Of a stretch of DNA of 64,000 nt, positions 8,442 to 16,872 are shown one piece after another; the stretch's first letter is position 1, and each line of letters begins with the position of its first letter. The notes below the pieces were generated by a model that ran no database searches, had not been told where the DNA came from, and saw only the letters and a program-made list of their open reading frames with translations. Source of the DNA: Acidimicrobiales bacterium. Its GTDB lineage: Bacteria > Actinomycetota > Acidimicrobiia > Acidimicrobiales > CADCSY01. The stretch covers positions 3,718-67,717 of the forward strand of contig DATKDW010000047.1 of NCBI GenBank assembly GCA_035512495.1, written 5' to 3'. A program made the position numbers and the translations under genes.

Positions 8442-9488
8442 GTGAGCGACCGCCCCCAGGACCCCTCCCGCGGCCTGCACCCGGCCCCTGCCCGTGACGA
8501 CGCCGCCCAGCTCGAGCGGGTCCTCTTCGAGGTCAAGAAGGTCATCGTCGGCCAGGACCGGTTGCTCGAGCGGGTGCTCGTCAGCCTCCTGGCGCGCGGT
8601 CACTGCCTCATCGAGGGTGTGCCGGGGCTGGCCAAGACGCTCACCATCGAGACCGTGGCCAGCGCCGTCGGGGGCCGCTTCGTGCGGCTGCAGTTCACGC
8701 CCGACCTGGTCCCCTCCGACATCGTGGGCACCCGCATCTACCGGACGTCGAGCGAGCGCTTCGACGTCGAGCTGGGGCCGATCTTCGCCAACTTCGTCCT
8801 CGCCGACGAGATCAACCGGGCGCCCGCCAAGGTGCAGTCCGCCCTCCTCGAGGTGATGGCCGAGAAGCACGTCTCGATCGCGGGGGTGACCCACCCCGTG
8901 CCCCTGCCGTTCCAGGTGCTCGCCACCCAGAACCCCATCGAGTCGGAGGGGGTCTACCCCCTCCCCGAGGCCCAGCGCGACCGCTTCCTGATGAAGCTGA
9001 TCGTCGGCTACCCGAGCCAGGGCGAGGAGATGGAGGTGGTGCGCCGCATGGGTGTCCACCCCCCGACGGCCACCGAGGTGCTCGGCCTCGACGAGCTCGT
9101 GCGCCTCCAGGCGTCGGCCGACGCGGTCTTCGCCGACGGCGGCACCGTCGACTACGCCGTGCGCCTGGTGCTCGCCACCCGCCACCCCGCCGACCACGGC
9201 CTGCCCGAGCTGGCGCCGTACATCGCCTACGGGGCCAGCCCCCGCGGCAGCCTGGGCCTCGTGGCAGCCGCCCGGGCCCTCGCCCTCCTCCGCGGTCGCG
9301 ACTACGCCGTCCCCCAGGACGTCTTCGACGTGGCCTTCGACGTCCTCCGCCACCGCCTGGTGCTCTCCTACGAGGCCCTCGCCGAGGGCGTGGAGGCCGA
9401 CGCCATCCTCTCCCGCATCCTCTCGGTGGTGACCGCGCCCATGGTCGAGTCGCGACGCCCCGATGAGGCCGCGTCGTCGACGGGCTGA
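8442..9488 (+). CDS. MoxR-family AAA+ ATPase
   Basis: Walker A GVPGLAKT and Walker B VLADEINRAPAK, with the typical C-terminal GASPRGSLGL region. Confidence 0.9.
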   Translation: MSDRPQDPSRGLHPAPARDDAAQLERVLFEVKKVIVGQDRLLERVLVSLLARGHCLIEGVPGLAKTLTIETVASAVGGRFVRLQFTPDLVPSDIVGTRIYRTSSERFDVELGPIFANFVLADEINRAPAKVQSALLEVMAEKHVSIAGVTHPVPLPFQVLATQNPIESEGVYPLPEAQRDRFLMKLIVGYPSQGEEMEVVRRMGVHPPTATEVLGLDELVRLQASADAVFADGGTVDYAVRLVLATRHPADHGLPELAPYIAYGASPRGSLGLVAAARALALLRGRDYAVPQDVFDVAFDVLRHRLVLSYEALAEGVEADAILSRILSVVTAPMVESRRPDEAASSTG

Positions 9489-10420
9489 TGGAGCCCGCGC
9501 CCCCGAGGGCGGTCGACGTGGGTGCCGAGGCCGTCCTTCGGCGGCTCGAGCTGGCCGTCACCCGCCGGCTCGACGGCATGCTCCAGGGCGACTACCGGGG
9601 CCTGCGGCCGGGCCCGGGGAGCGAGCCGGGCGAGGCGCGGTCCTACGCCCCCGGCGACGATGTCCGTCTCATCGACTGGAACGTCACCGCCCGCACCGGG
9701 GAGGCCCACGTCCGCGTCCCGGTGTCCGACCGAGAGCTCGAGACGTGGGTGGTCGCCGACCTGTCGGCCAGCCTGGCCTTCGGCACCGCTGCCTGCGAGA
9801 AGCGTGACCTGGCGGTGGCGGCGGTCGGCGCCGTCGGCCACCTCACCGCCCGTGTGGGCAACCGGATCGGTGCCGTCCTGGTCAGCGCCGGCGGCACCCA
9901 GCGGGTGCCGGCCCGGCCCGGGCGGGACCACCTGCAGGCACTGCTCCACCGGACGGTCACCTCCCCGAGGCGTGACGGAGGTGGGGCGACCGATCTCGGC
10001 GGCGCCCTCCGGGAGGTCGCCCGGCTTGCCCAGCGGCGCGGCATGGTCGTGGTGGTGAGCGACTTCCTCGGACAGCCCGGCTGGGAGCGGCCGCTTCGGG
10101 CGCTCGCCGGCCGCCACGAGGTCGTCGCCATCGAGGTGGTGGATCCGCGGGAGCTCGAGCTTCCCGACGTCGGCCTGCTCGACCTCGTCGACCCCGAGAC
10201 CGGTGCCCGCCTGGAGGTGCAGACAGGGCGTCGCCAGGTCCGGGCCCGCTACGCCGACGCCGCGGCTGCCGAGCGGGCGGCGATCGCTGCCGCCATCCGG
10301 GGAGCGGGTGCCGACCACCTCGTGCTCAGCACCGACCGCGACTGGCTGCTCGACCTGGTGCGCTTCGTCGACCGCCGCCGCCGGCATCGCCGTCCACCCC
10401 GCCCCGGGACGGCATCGTGA
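9488..10420 (+). CDS. DUF58 domain protein
   Basis: DYRGLRPGPGSEPGEARSYAPGDDVRLIDWNVTART signature. Its ATG overlaps the moxR TGA. Confidence 0.85.
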   Translation: MEPAPPRAVDVGAEAVLRRLELAVTRRLDGMLQGDYRGLRPGPGSEPGEARSYAPGDDVRLIDWNVTARTGEAHVRVPVSDRELETWVVADLSASLAFGTAACEKRDLAVAAVGAVGHLTARVGNRIGAVLVSAGGTQRVPARPGRDHLQALLHRTVTSPRRDGGGATDLGGALREVARLAQRRGMVVVVSDFLGQPGWERPLRALAGRHEVVAIEVVDPRELELPDVGLLDLVDPETGARLEVQTGRRQVRARYADAAAAERAAIAAAIRGAGADHLVLSTDRDWLLDLVRFVDRRRRHRRPPRPGTAS

Positions 10421-11367
10421 CGTTCCTCGAGCCGGTCCGCCTGTGGCTGGCCCTCGTCGTGGTGGCGATGGCGGCCGCCTACGTCGTCCTCCAGGTCGTA
10501 GGACGCCGCAGGTACGCCGTCCGCTTCACCAACCTCGCCCTGCTCGGCTCGGTGGCGCCAAGACGGCCGGGGTGGCGGCGGCACCTGCCCGCCGCCCTGG
10601 TCCTGGGGTCGATGCTGGCGCTCGTCACGTCGCTGGCCCAGCCGGCGCGCGAGGAGCTCGTGGCACGGGAGCGGGCCACGATCGTGCTGGCCATCGACGT
10701 CTCGATCTCGATGGACGCCACCGACATCGCGCCGTCACGCTTCGATGCCGCCAAGGAGGCGGCGACGTCGTTCACCGAGGTGGTGCCCGAGCGCATCAAC
10801 CTGGGCCTCGTCGCCTTCGCCGGCTCGGCTTCGGTGCTCGTCCCACCCACGACCGACCGCGACGCGGTGCGGGCCGCCATCGGGCGCCTCGAGCTGGCCG
10901 AGGCCACCGCCATCGGCGAGGCGGTCCTGGCCTCCCTCGACGCCATCCGCACCCTGCCCGAGGCCGAGGGGGCCGAGCCGGTGCCGGCCCACATCCTGGT
11001 GCTCTCCGACGGCGAGACGACGGTTGGGTCCCCCAACGAGGTCGCGGCCGAGGCGGCGCGCCAGGCGGGGGTGCCGGTGACCACCATCGCTTTCGGGACA
11101 CCCGGCGGGGTGATCGAGTACGAGGGCCAGCTGGTGTCGGTCGAGGTCAACGAGCAGGAGCTGGCGGCGCTGGCCGACGCCACGGGAGGCTCGGCGTTCA
11201 CTGCCGGTTCGGCCGCTGAGCTGGGCGCCGTCTACGACGACATCGGTAGCTCCATCGGCTTGGTGGCGGAGGACCGGGAGATCGGTCTGTGGTTCACCGC
11301 CGGCGCGTTCGCCCTGCTCCTGGTGGCTGCCGGTGCCTCGTTGGTCTGGTTCCAGCGCCTCCCCTGA
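10417..11367 (+). CDS. VWA-domain membrane protein (BatA-like)
   Basis: N- and C-terminal TM helices and MIDAS motif LAIDVSISMD. GTGA overlap with the DUF58 gene. Confidence 0.85.
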   Translation: MTFLEPVRLWLALVVVAMAAAYVVLQVVGRRRYAVRFTNLALLGSVAPRRPGWRRHLPAALVLGSMLALVTSLAQPAREELVARERATIVLAIDVSISMDATDIAPSRFDAAKEAATSFTEVVPERINLGLVAFAGSASVLVPPTTDRDAVRAAIGRLELAEATAIGEAVLASLDAIRTLPEAEGAEPVPAHILVLSDGETTVGSPNEVAAEAARQAGVPVTTIAFGTPGGVIEYEGQLVSVEVNEQELAALADATGGSAFTAGSAAELGAVYDDIGSSIGLVAEDREIGLWFTAGAFALLLVAAGASLVWFQRLP

Positions 11368-11383
11368 CGCCCCGACGTGGCAG

Positions 11384-11405
11384 CCGACCTGCCGGTCGGT
11401 AGGCT
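11384..11405 (+). promoter_or_regulatory. Palindrome CCGACC-tgcc-GGTCGG abutting a TAGGCT -10 box upstream of the desaturase
   Basis: 6-4-6 inverted repeat (11384-11399) directly followed by TAGGCT (11400-11405). It shares the GACC-N4-GGTC core with sites 3208-3223 and 22639-22654. Confidence 0.3.
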
Positions 11406-11437
11406 GCGGTTTCCCGCCGAGGTTCGGAGCGCCTGCC

Positions 11438-12328
11438 ATGACGACCGCGACCACGACGGCACCCGACGAACGGCTGGACTGGTTCACCTCGGTACCGTTC
11501 CTGGCCTTCCACCTGATCCCTCTCGCGGCCGTGTGGACCGGGGTCTCGGCGCGAGCGGTGGTCCTGTGCGTGGCCCTCTACTTCGGCCGCATGTTCTTCA
11601 TCACCGCCGGCTACCACCGGTACTTCTCGCACCGCTCCTACCGCCTGCCCCGCTGGGCCCAGCTGGTGATGGCGGTGGGCGGCACGACCGCCATGCAGAA
11701 GGGGCCGCTGTGGTGGGCGGCGCACCACCGCGTCCACCACCGCTACGCCGACACCGACCTCGACGTGCACTCGCCGATCAAGGGGTTCTGGTGGAGCCAT
11801 GTGGGGTGGATCCTCAGCCGCAAGCACAAGGGGACCGACCTCGACCGCGTCCGCGACCTCGCCCGCTACCCCGAGCTGCGATGGGTCGAGCGCCACGACG
11901 CCCTGGCCCCCCTCCTCCTGGCCCTGGCCTGCCTGGCGATCGGCGGCTGGTCGGGCTTGGTCGTCGGCTTCGGCCTCTCGACCGTGCTGCTCTGGCACGG
12001 GACCTTCCTGGTGAACTCCCTCGCCCACGTGATGGGGAGGCGGCGCTACGCCACCTCCGACACGAGCCGGAACTCGCTCCTCATCGCGCTGGTGACCAAC
12101 GGCGAGGGGTGGCACAACAACCACCACCACTACCAGGCCAGCGCCCGCCAGGCCTTCCACTGGTACCAGTGGGACCCGAGCTGGTACGCCCTCTGGGTCC
12201 TCAGCAAGGTCGGGGTGGTCAGCGGGCTGAAGCAGCCGACGCCGGCGATCATGGCCGACGGCCTCATCGGCGCGTCACGCTCCCGTCGCGAGGGGCGACA
12301 GGAGCGTGTCGACGTGGACCAGCCCTGA
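11438..12328 (+). CDS. Membrane acyl-CoA (stearoyl-CoA-type) desaturase
   Basis: Three His boxes: HRYFSH, HHRVHH and HNNHHH. ATG 11438 is in frame with track ORF 11333, and a GGAG lies about 10 nt upstream. Confidence 0.85.
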   Translation: MTTATTTAPDERLDWFTSVPFLAFHLIPLAAVWTGVSARAVVLCVALYFGRMFFITAGYHRYFSHRSYRLPRWAQLVMAVGGTTAMQKGPLWWAAHHRVHHRYADTDLDVHSPIKGFWWSHVGWILSRKHKGTDLDRVRDLARYPELRWVERHDALAPLLLALACLAIGGWSGLVVGFGLSTVLLWHGTFLVNSLAHVMGRRRYATSDTSRNSLLIALVTNGEGWHNNHHHYQASARQAFHWYQWDPSWYALWVLSKVGVVSGLKQPTPAIMADGLIGASRSRREGRQERVDVDQP

Positions 12329-12334
12329 GGTCGG

Positions 12335-14254
12335 TCAGGCCACTCCGGCGTGTGACTCCCACGTGGCGTACATGGCGGCATATCGGCCGCCGGCAGCCAC
12401 CAGCTCGTCGTGGCTGCCCAGCTCCACGATCCGGCCGTCGTCGACGACCCCGATGCGGTCGGCCCGCATCGCCGTGGCCAGGCGGTGGGCGATCACGATG
12501 GCGGTGCGGCCCTCGAGGAGCACGTCGAGGGCGTGCTCGATCTTGGACTCGGAGCGCAGGTCGAGGTTGGAGGTGGCCTCGTCGAGCACGAGGACGCGCG
12601 GCCGGGCCAGGAAGGCGCGTGCCAGGGCCAGGAGCTGGCGCTCACCCGACGAGAGGGCGACGCCCCGCTCGTGGACGGGGGTGTCGATCCCCTGGGGGAG
12701 GCGGTCGACGAGGTCGTCGATGCCGACAGCGCGGCAGGCCTCGAGCACCTCGGCCTCGGTGGCGGCGGGCCGGGCGAAGGCGATGTTGTCGCGCATCGAG
12801 CCGCCGAAGAGGAACGCCTCCTGGGGCACCACGCCGAGCTGGCGGCGCAGCGAGGTGAGGGTCAAGCGGCGAAGATCGTGGCCGTCGATGAGGACCCGGC
12901 CCTGCTCGGGGTCGTGGAACCGGGTGACGAGCTTGGCCATGGTCGACTTGCCGGCGCCGGTGGCGCCCACCAGCGCGAACGTCTCGCCGGCGGCGATGGT
13001 GAGGTCGACGTCGCGCAGCACCGGCCGCCCTGGCTCGTAGGCGAAGGTCACGTCCTCGAAGCGGATCTCGCCGAGGATGGGCGGTAGCTCCGCCGCGTCG
13101 GGAGCCTCGGCCACGCTCGGCTCGGTGGCGAGCAGCTCCTGGAGCTTGGCCACCGAGGCCTGGCCCTTCTGGTAGGTGTCGTAGAGCTGCACCATCTGCT
13201 GGATGGGGGCGAAGAACGCCGTGAGGTACAGCACGAAGGCGGCCAGCTGACCGATCATGAGGTCGCCGTCGAGCACCATCCGCCCGCCCACCAGGAGGAT
13301 GAACGCCTGGCCGGCGATGCCGATGGCCTCCACGCTCGGGCCGTAGATGGCTCCCACCCGCGCCGTCGCGTCGTTGGCGGAGCGGTAGTCGCCGGCGATG
13401 TTGCGGTGCTCGATGGTGTTGTGCCGCTGGCGGTTGTGGGCGGTGACGATCCGGATGCCGGAGAGGTTCTCCTGCAGGTGGGCGAGCACGTCGGCGATGC
13501 GGTCGCGCACCAGGCCGTAGGTGCGCAGCGAGGCCCCCCGGAACCACCACGTGAGCGCGGCCATGCCGGGTACCACCACCACGAGCGTGATGGCCGCCAG
13601 GGTGGCGTTCATCGTGAAGAGGATGGTGGTCACCACGATGATGGTCAGGCCCTGCACCACCATCTGCACCAGGCCGTCCTGGAACAGGGCGGTGAGCGAC
13701 TCGAGGTCGCTGGTCATCCTCGTCATGAGGCGTCCGGCCTTCTCCTTGGTGAAGAAGGGCACCGACAGCCGCTGGAGGTGGGAGAAGATGCGGACCCGAA
13801 GCTGGAACATGAGGGTCTCGCCCACGCGCCCCGTCCAGGCGATGCGGGCGGCGCTGGACATCGCGTTCAGGGCCACCGCCGCGAAGTAGAGGACCGACAC
13901 GACCACGAGGGTGGTGGTGCTGCCTTCCTGGATGCCGCGGTCGATGCCGATCTGGGTCAGGAGCGGTCCGGCCTGCATGGCCACCGTCTCGATGACGACG
14001 AGGGCGAACGCGCCGACGAGGGCCAGGCGATGGCCGCCGAGGAACCGGCGCAGCGTGAACGGGCGCCGGTCGAACTCGGCGTGGCTGAACTCGACGGGCT
14101 CCTGCTCCGGGTGCTCGGGCTCCGTCTCGAGCAGGGTGTCGACCCTGCTCTGGAGCTCGGGCGGGATGCCGGCGAAGGGCAGCCCACCCCCTGGGTTCCC
14201 CGCCGGCCCGCCGCCGCCGAAGCCCATGCCGCCACCACCACCACCCCACGCCAT
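12335..14254 (-). CDS. ABC exporter half-transporter (TMD-NBD), consensus-site subunit, Gly-rich N-terminus
   Basis: Six TM helices, Walker A GATGAGKST, signature LSSGERQ, Walker B LVLDEATS and H-loop IAHRL. Starts MAWGGGGGGMGFGGGG. Its ATG (14254) shares 1 nt with the upstream TGA. The track fuses it into a 1235-aa ORF. Confidence 0.9.
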   Translation of the reverse strand: MAWGGGGGGMGFGGGGPAGNPGGGLPFAGIPPELQSRVDTLLETEPEHPEQEPVEFSHAEFDRRPFTLRRFLGGHRLALVGAFALVVIETVAMQAGPLLTQIGIDRGIQEGSTTTLVVVSVLYFAAVALNAMSSAARIAWTGRVGETLMFQLRVRIFSHLQRLSVPFFTKEKAGRLMTRMTSDLESLTALFQDGLVQMVVQGLTIIVVTTILFTMNATLAAITLVVVVPGMAALTWWFRGASLRTYGLVRDRIADVLAHLQENLSGIRIVTAHNRQRHNTIEHRNIAGDYRSANDATARVGAIYGPSVEAIGIAGQAFILLVGGRMVLDGDLMIGQLAAFVLYLTAFFAPIQQMVQLYDTYQKGQASVAKLQELLATEPSVAEAPDAAELPPILGEIRFEDVTFAYEPGRPVLRDVDLTIAAGETFALVGATGAGKSTMAKLVTRFHDPEQGRVLIDGHDLRRLTLTSLRRQLGVVPQEAFLFGGSMRDNIAFARPAATEAEVLEACRAVGIDDLVDRLPQGIDTPVHERGVALSSGERQLLALARAFLARPRVLVLDEATSNLDLRSESKIEHALDVLLEGRTAIVIAHRLATAMRADRIGVVDDGRIVELGSHDELVAAGGRYAAMYATWESHAGVA

Positions 14255-16179
14255 CAGCGCACCTCCGCATCGTTGAAGTCGGTCACGTCGACGAGACCGC
14301 CGGCCGCGGCACTCGCCTCGGCCGCAGCGGACTCCTCCTCGACGTGGGCGAGCACCTCGGTGTACCTCGGCTCGCTTGCCATGAGCTCGCTGTGGGTGCC
14401 GTCGGCGACGATCCGTCCGTCCTCGAGCAGGACCACGCGGTCGGCCAGGGCGATGGTGGAGAGGCGGTGGGCGATGACGAGGGTCGTGCGCCGCCCCAGC
14501 AGCTCGGCGAGGGCACGGTGGATGCGCTCCTCCACGTGGACGTCGATGGCGCTGGTGGCATCGTCGAGGATGAGCACCCTCGGGTCGATCAGCAGGGTCC
14601 GCGCGATGGCGATTCGCTGACGTTGGCCACCGGAGAGCGTGTAGCCCCGCTCGCCCACCTCGGTGTCGTAGCCGACGGGCAGGTCGTCGATGAAGCCGGC
14701 GGCGTCGGCCGCGACGGCGGCGGCCCGGACCTCGTCGTCGGTGGCGTCCGGCCGGCCGTAGGCGATGTTCTCGCGGATCGTGGCCGAGAAGAGGAACGGC
14801 TCGTCGAGGACCATCGCGACCTGGGCCCGGAGGCTGGCGAGCGTCAGGTCCCGCACGTCGTGGCCGTCGATGCGCACCGTGCCCGACTCGACGTCGTAGA
14901 AGCGGGTGAGGAGGCGGGCGAGGGTCGACTTGCCGCTGCCCGTGCGGCCCACCACGGCGACGGTCTCCCCCGGGGCGAGCGTGAGGTCGAGGCCGTCGAG
15001 GACGGTGAGCCCGTGGCCGTAGCGGAAGGTGACGTCCTCGAAGCGCACCTCGCCCTCGGGGTCCACGAGGTCGACGGCGCCGGGACGGTCGGCGATCGCG
15101 GGCTGCTCGTCGAGGACCTCGAAGATGCGCCCCGCCGAGGCCGAGGCCCGCTGGCTGAGCAGCAGCAGGAAGCCGAGCATCCGGAACGGCGCCTGGAGCA
15201 TGACCACGTAGGTGGAGAACGCCACGAGGGTGCCCACCGTGACCTGGCCGTTGATGGTGAGGATGCCGCCGTAGAGCAACACCAGCGCCATGCCGACGCG
15301 GGGGAGGTTCTCCATGAGCGGGCCGTAGCCGGCCCGGACGTCGATCTGGCGGACTGCCGCCCACCGCAGACGCCGGGCGGCGCCGGCGAGGTGGGCGATC
15401 TGGGGCTCCTCGGCGGCGAAGGACTTGACCACTCGGGCCCCGGTGACGTTCTCCTCCACGGTGGTCGCCACGTCGGCCAGGCGGGACTGCACGATCCACG
15501 AGATCGGGAACATCAGGTCGCGCATGCGCGCACCGACGAGGTACACGAAGGGCAGCGGCAGCAGGGCCACGATGGCGAGGGGGACGTGGACGGCGAGCAT
15601 GAGTCCGAACGCGAACAGGAAGCTCACCACCTGCAGCGCCATGAGCGGTGCGAAGGTGAGGAACATCTGCACCGAGCGGATGTCGGAGTTGGCCCGGGAG
15701 ATCAGCTGGCCCGACTGGACCCGGTCGAAGAACGAAAACGACAGGCCCGTGAGCTTGGTGAACATGTTGACCCGCAGGTCGTACTCGAGGTCGTAGGCGA
15801 TTCGGTAGAGGTGGTAGCGGTAGACGAAGGTGAAGGCCCCCCGGACTGCACCGAGGGCGAGTATCGCCCAGACGAAGGGCATGATCTCTGACGTGTGGGG
15901 CTCGGTGAGGGCGTTGTCGATGCCGGCCATGACGATCCGCGGGACGGCCACCTGGGCGAGCATGGCGACCAGGGCCGCCAGCAGCGAGCCGGTGAAGGCC
16001 AACTTGCGGGCGGCGATCAGTGGGCCCATGCGCCGCAGCCACGAGCGGTCGCGGTCGGGGTGGATGGTCGCCTTGGGTGGTCCGTAGCGCGCGGACACGC
16101 CGACGGGCTCGTAGGGGGAACCGACGTCGAGGTCGGGGGTGGCGAGGCGGTCGAGGTCGTGCTCGAGGGTGGAGATCAC
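14254..16179 (-). CDS. ABC exporter half-transporter (TMD-NBD), degenerate-site subunit
   Basis: Walker A GRTGSGKST, signature LSGGQRQ, Walker B LILDDATS (Asp replaces the catalytic Glu) and IAHRL. GTG 16179 overlaps the marR TGA (GTGA). Confidence 0.9.
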   Translation of the reverse strand: MISTLEHDLDRLATPDLDVGSPYEPVGVSARYGPPKATIHPDRDRSWLRRMGPLIAARKLAFTGSLLAALVAMLAQVAVPRIVMAGIDNALTEPHTSEIMPFVWAILALGAVRGAFTFVYRYHLYRIAYDLEYDLRVNMFTKLTGLSFSFFDRVQSGQLISRANSDIRSVQMFLTFAPLMALQVVSFLFAFGLMLAVHVPLAIVALLPLPFVYLVGARMRDLMFPISWIVQSRLADVATTVEENVTGARVVKSFAAEEPQIAHLAGAARRLRWAAVRQIDVRAGYGPLMENLPRVGMALVLLYGGILTINGQVTVGTLVAFSTYVVMLQAPFRMLGFLLLLSQRASASAGRIFEVLDEQPAIADRPGAVDLVDPEGEVRFEDVTFRYGHGLTVLDGLDLTLAPGETVAVVGRTGSGKSTLARLLTRFYDVESGTVRIDGHDVRDLTLASLRAQVAMVLDEPFLFSATIRENIAYGRPDATDDEVRAAAVAADAAGFIDDLPVGYDTEVGERGYTLSGGQRQRIAIARTLLIDPRVLILDDATSAIDVHVEERIHRALAELLGRRTTLVIAHRLSTIALADRVVLLEDGRIVADGTHSELMASEPRYTEVLAHVEEESAAAEASAAAGGLVDVTDFNDAEVR

Positions 16180-16619
16180 CGGGCCGTCTCCACCTTTTGC
16201 TGCCGGGCGGCGTCGAGGGTGTCGCGCCACACCATCAGGCCATCCATCGCGCTCGCCGCCTGGGTCTCGTCGACGTGCGACGTGAGCCACGCCAGCCGGG
16301 CGGCGATGGCCTCGTCGCCCTGGGCGAGCGTCCGCTGGCCGACGGGGGTCAGGACGTGGGAGACGCGTCGGCGGTCGGCAGCATCGGCCTGGCGCTCCAC
16401 CAGACCCCGTTCCACCAGCCCGTCGACCAGGGCGGTGATGCTCGGGCGGCTCACCGCCAGCCGGTCGGCGAGGGCGGTGGCTGCCGCGGACCCGTCGGAG
16501 AGCAGCGCCAGCAGGCGGTACTGGGGCATGGACAGCCCGATCTCGCCCAGGGCGGTCTCCACGGCCTTGGCCAGCCGCGCCGCGGCTCTGGCGGCCTGCA
16601 CACTTCGTTCGATGCTCAC
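16176..16619 (-). CDS. MarR family transcriptional regulator
   Basis: Winged HTH: LSMPQYRLLALLSDGSAAATALADRLAVSRPSITALVDGLVERGLVER. First gene of the marR-ABC-ABC operon. Confidence 0.85.
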   Translation of the reverse strand: MSIERSVQAARAAARLAKAVETALGEIGLSMPQYRLLALLSDGSAAATALADRLAVSRPSITALVDGLVERGLVERQADAADRRRVSHVLTPVGQRTLAQGDEAIAARLAWLTSHVDETQAASAMDGLMVWRDTLDAARQQKVETAR

Positions 16620-16639
16620 ATCATTAGACTATCGAACGA
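16605..16639. promoter_or_regulatory. Candidate MarR operator spanning the marR start and -10 box
   Basis: Perfect 9-bp inverted repeat TCGTTCGAT (16605-16613) - N17 - ATCGAACGA (16631-16639). It encloses the GTG start (16617-16619), the minus-strand TAGTCT box (16626-16631) and an overlapping plus-strand TAGACT (16625-16630). Confidence 0.45.
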
Positions 16640-16723
16640 TCTTCGGGTCGCGGTAACGCGATTCTCCATGCCGTGCTGGAGGGGCACCGGCAGGTAAGTG
16701 TCCCGCCGGAGCGAGTCGGAATC

Positions 16724-16760
16724 GTTCTCAGAGTGCCCCCGGGGCACTCGTATCTGTGTC
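16724..16760. repeat. Palindromic repeat unit, copy A (37 nt)
   Basis: GTTCTCAGAGTGCCCCCGGGGCACTCGTATCTGTGTC with core hairpin GAGTGCCCC-c-GGGGCACTC. It matches copy B at 33 of 37 aligned positions plus one 1-nt indel. Confidence 0.8.
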
Positions 16761-16872
16761 CGACGACGGGGTGGTAGTCGCCGATCCCCCAAGAGCTCGG
16801 CTTAAGCCCGCTCCGGGCCACCGTGGTGAGCCAAGGCATGGGAGAGTTTGGCGGTGACGACGGGGGAGGAGC

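Noticed and set aside
8442-11367. MoxR-DUF58-VWA as a candidate anti-phage or other novel defence system.
   Set aside because: This trio is widespread and chromosomally conserved (Bat/MoxR type). There are no nuclease, effector or hypervariable neighbours. Only the upstream pseudokinase-like gene is flagged.
12335-16042. Track ORFs that fuse true genes to long N-terminal extensions (12335..16042 as one 1235-aa protein, 18094..20871, 21001..22314, 29967..31229, 30401..31723, 49153..50739, 55837..57105).
   Set aside because: The extensions overlap the upstream gene in another frame and are Arg/Pro-rich. Internal start codons with SDs, -10 boxes or stop-start overlaps give proteins of normal family length.
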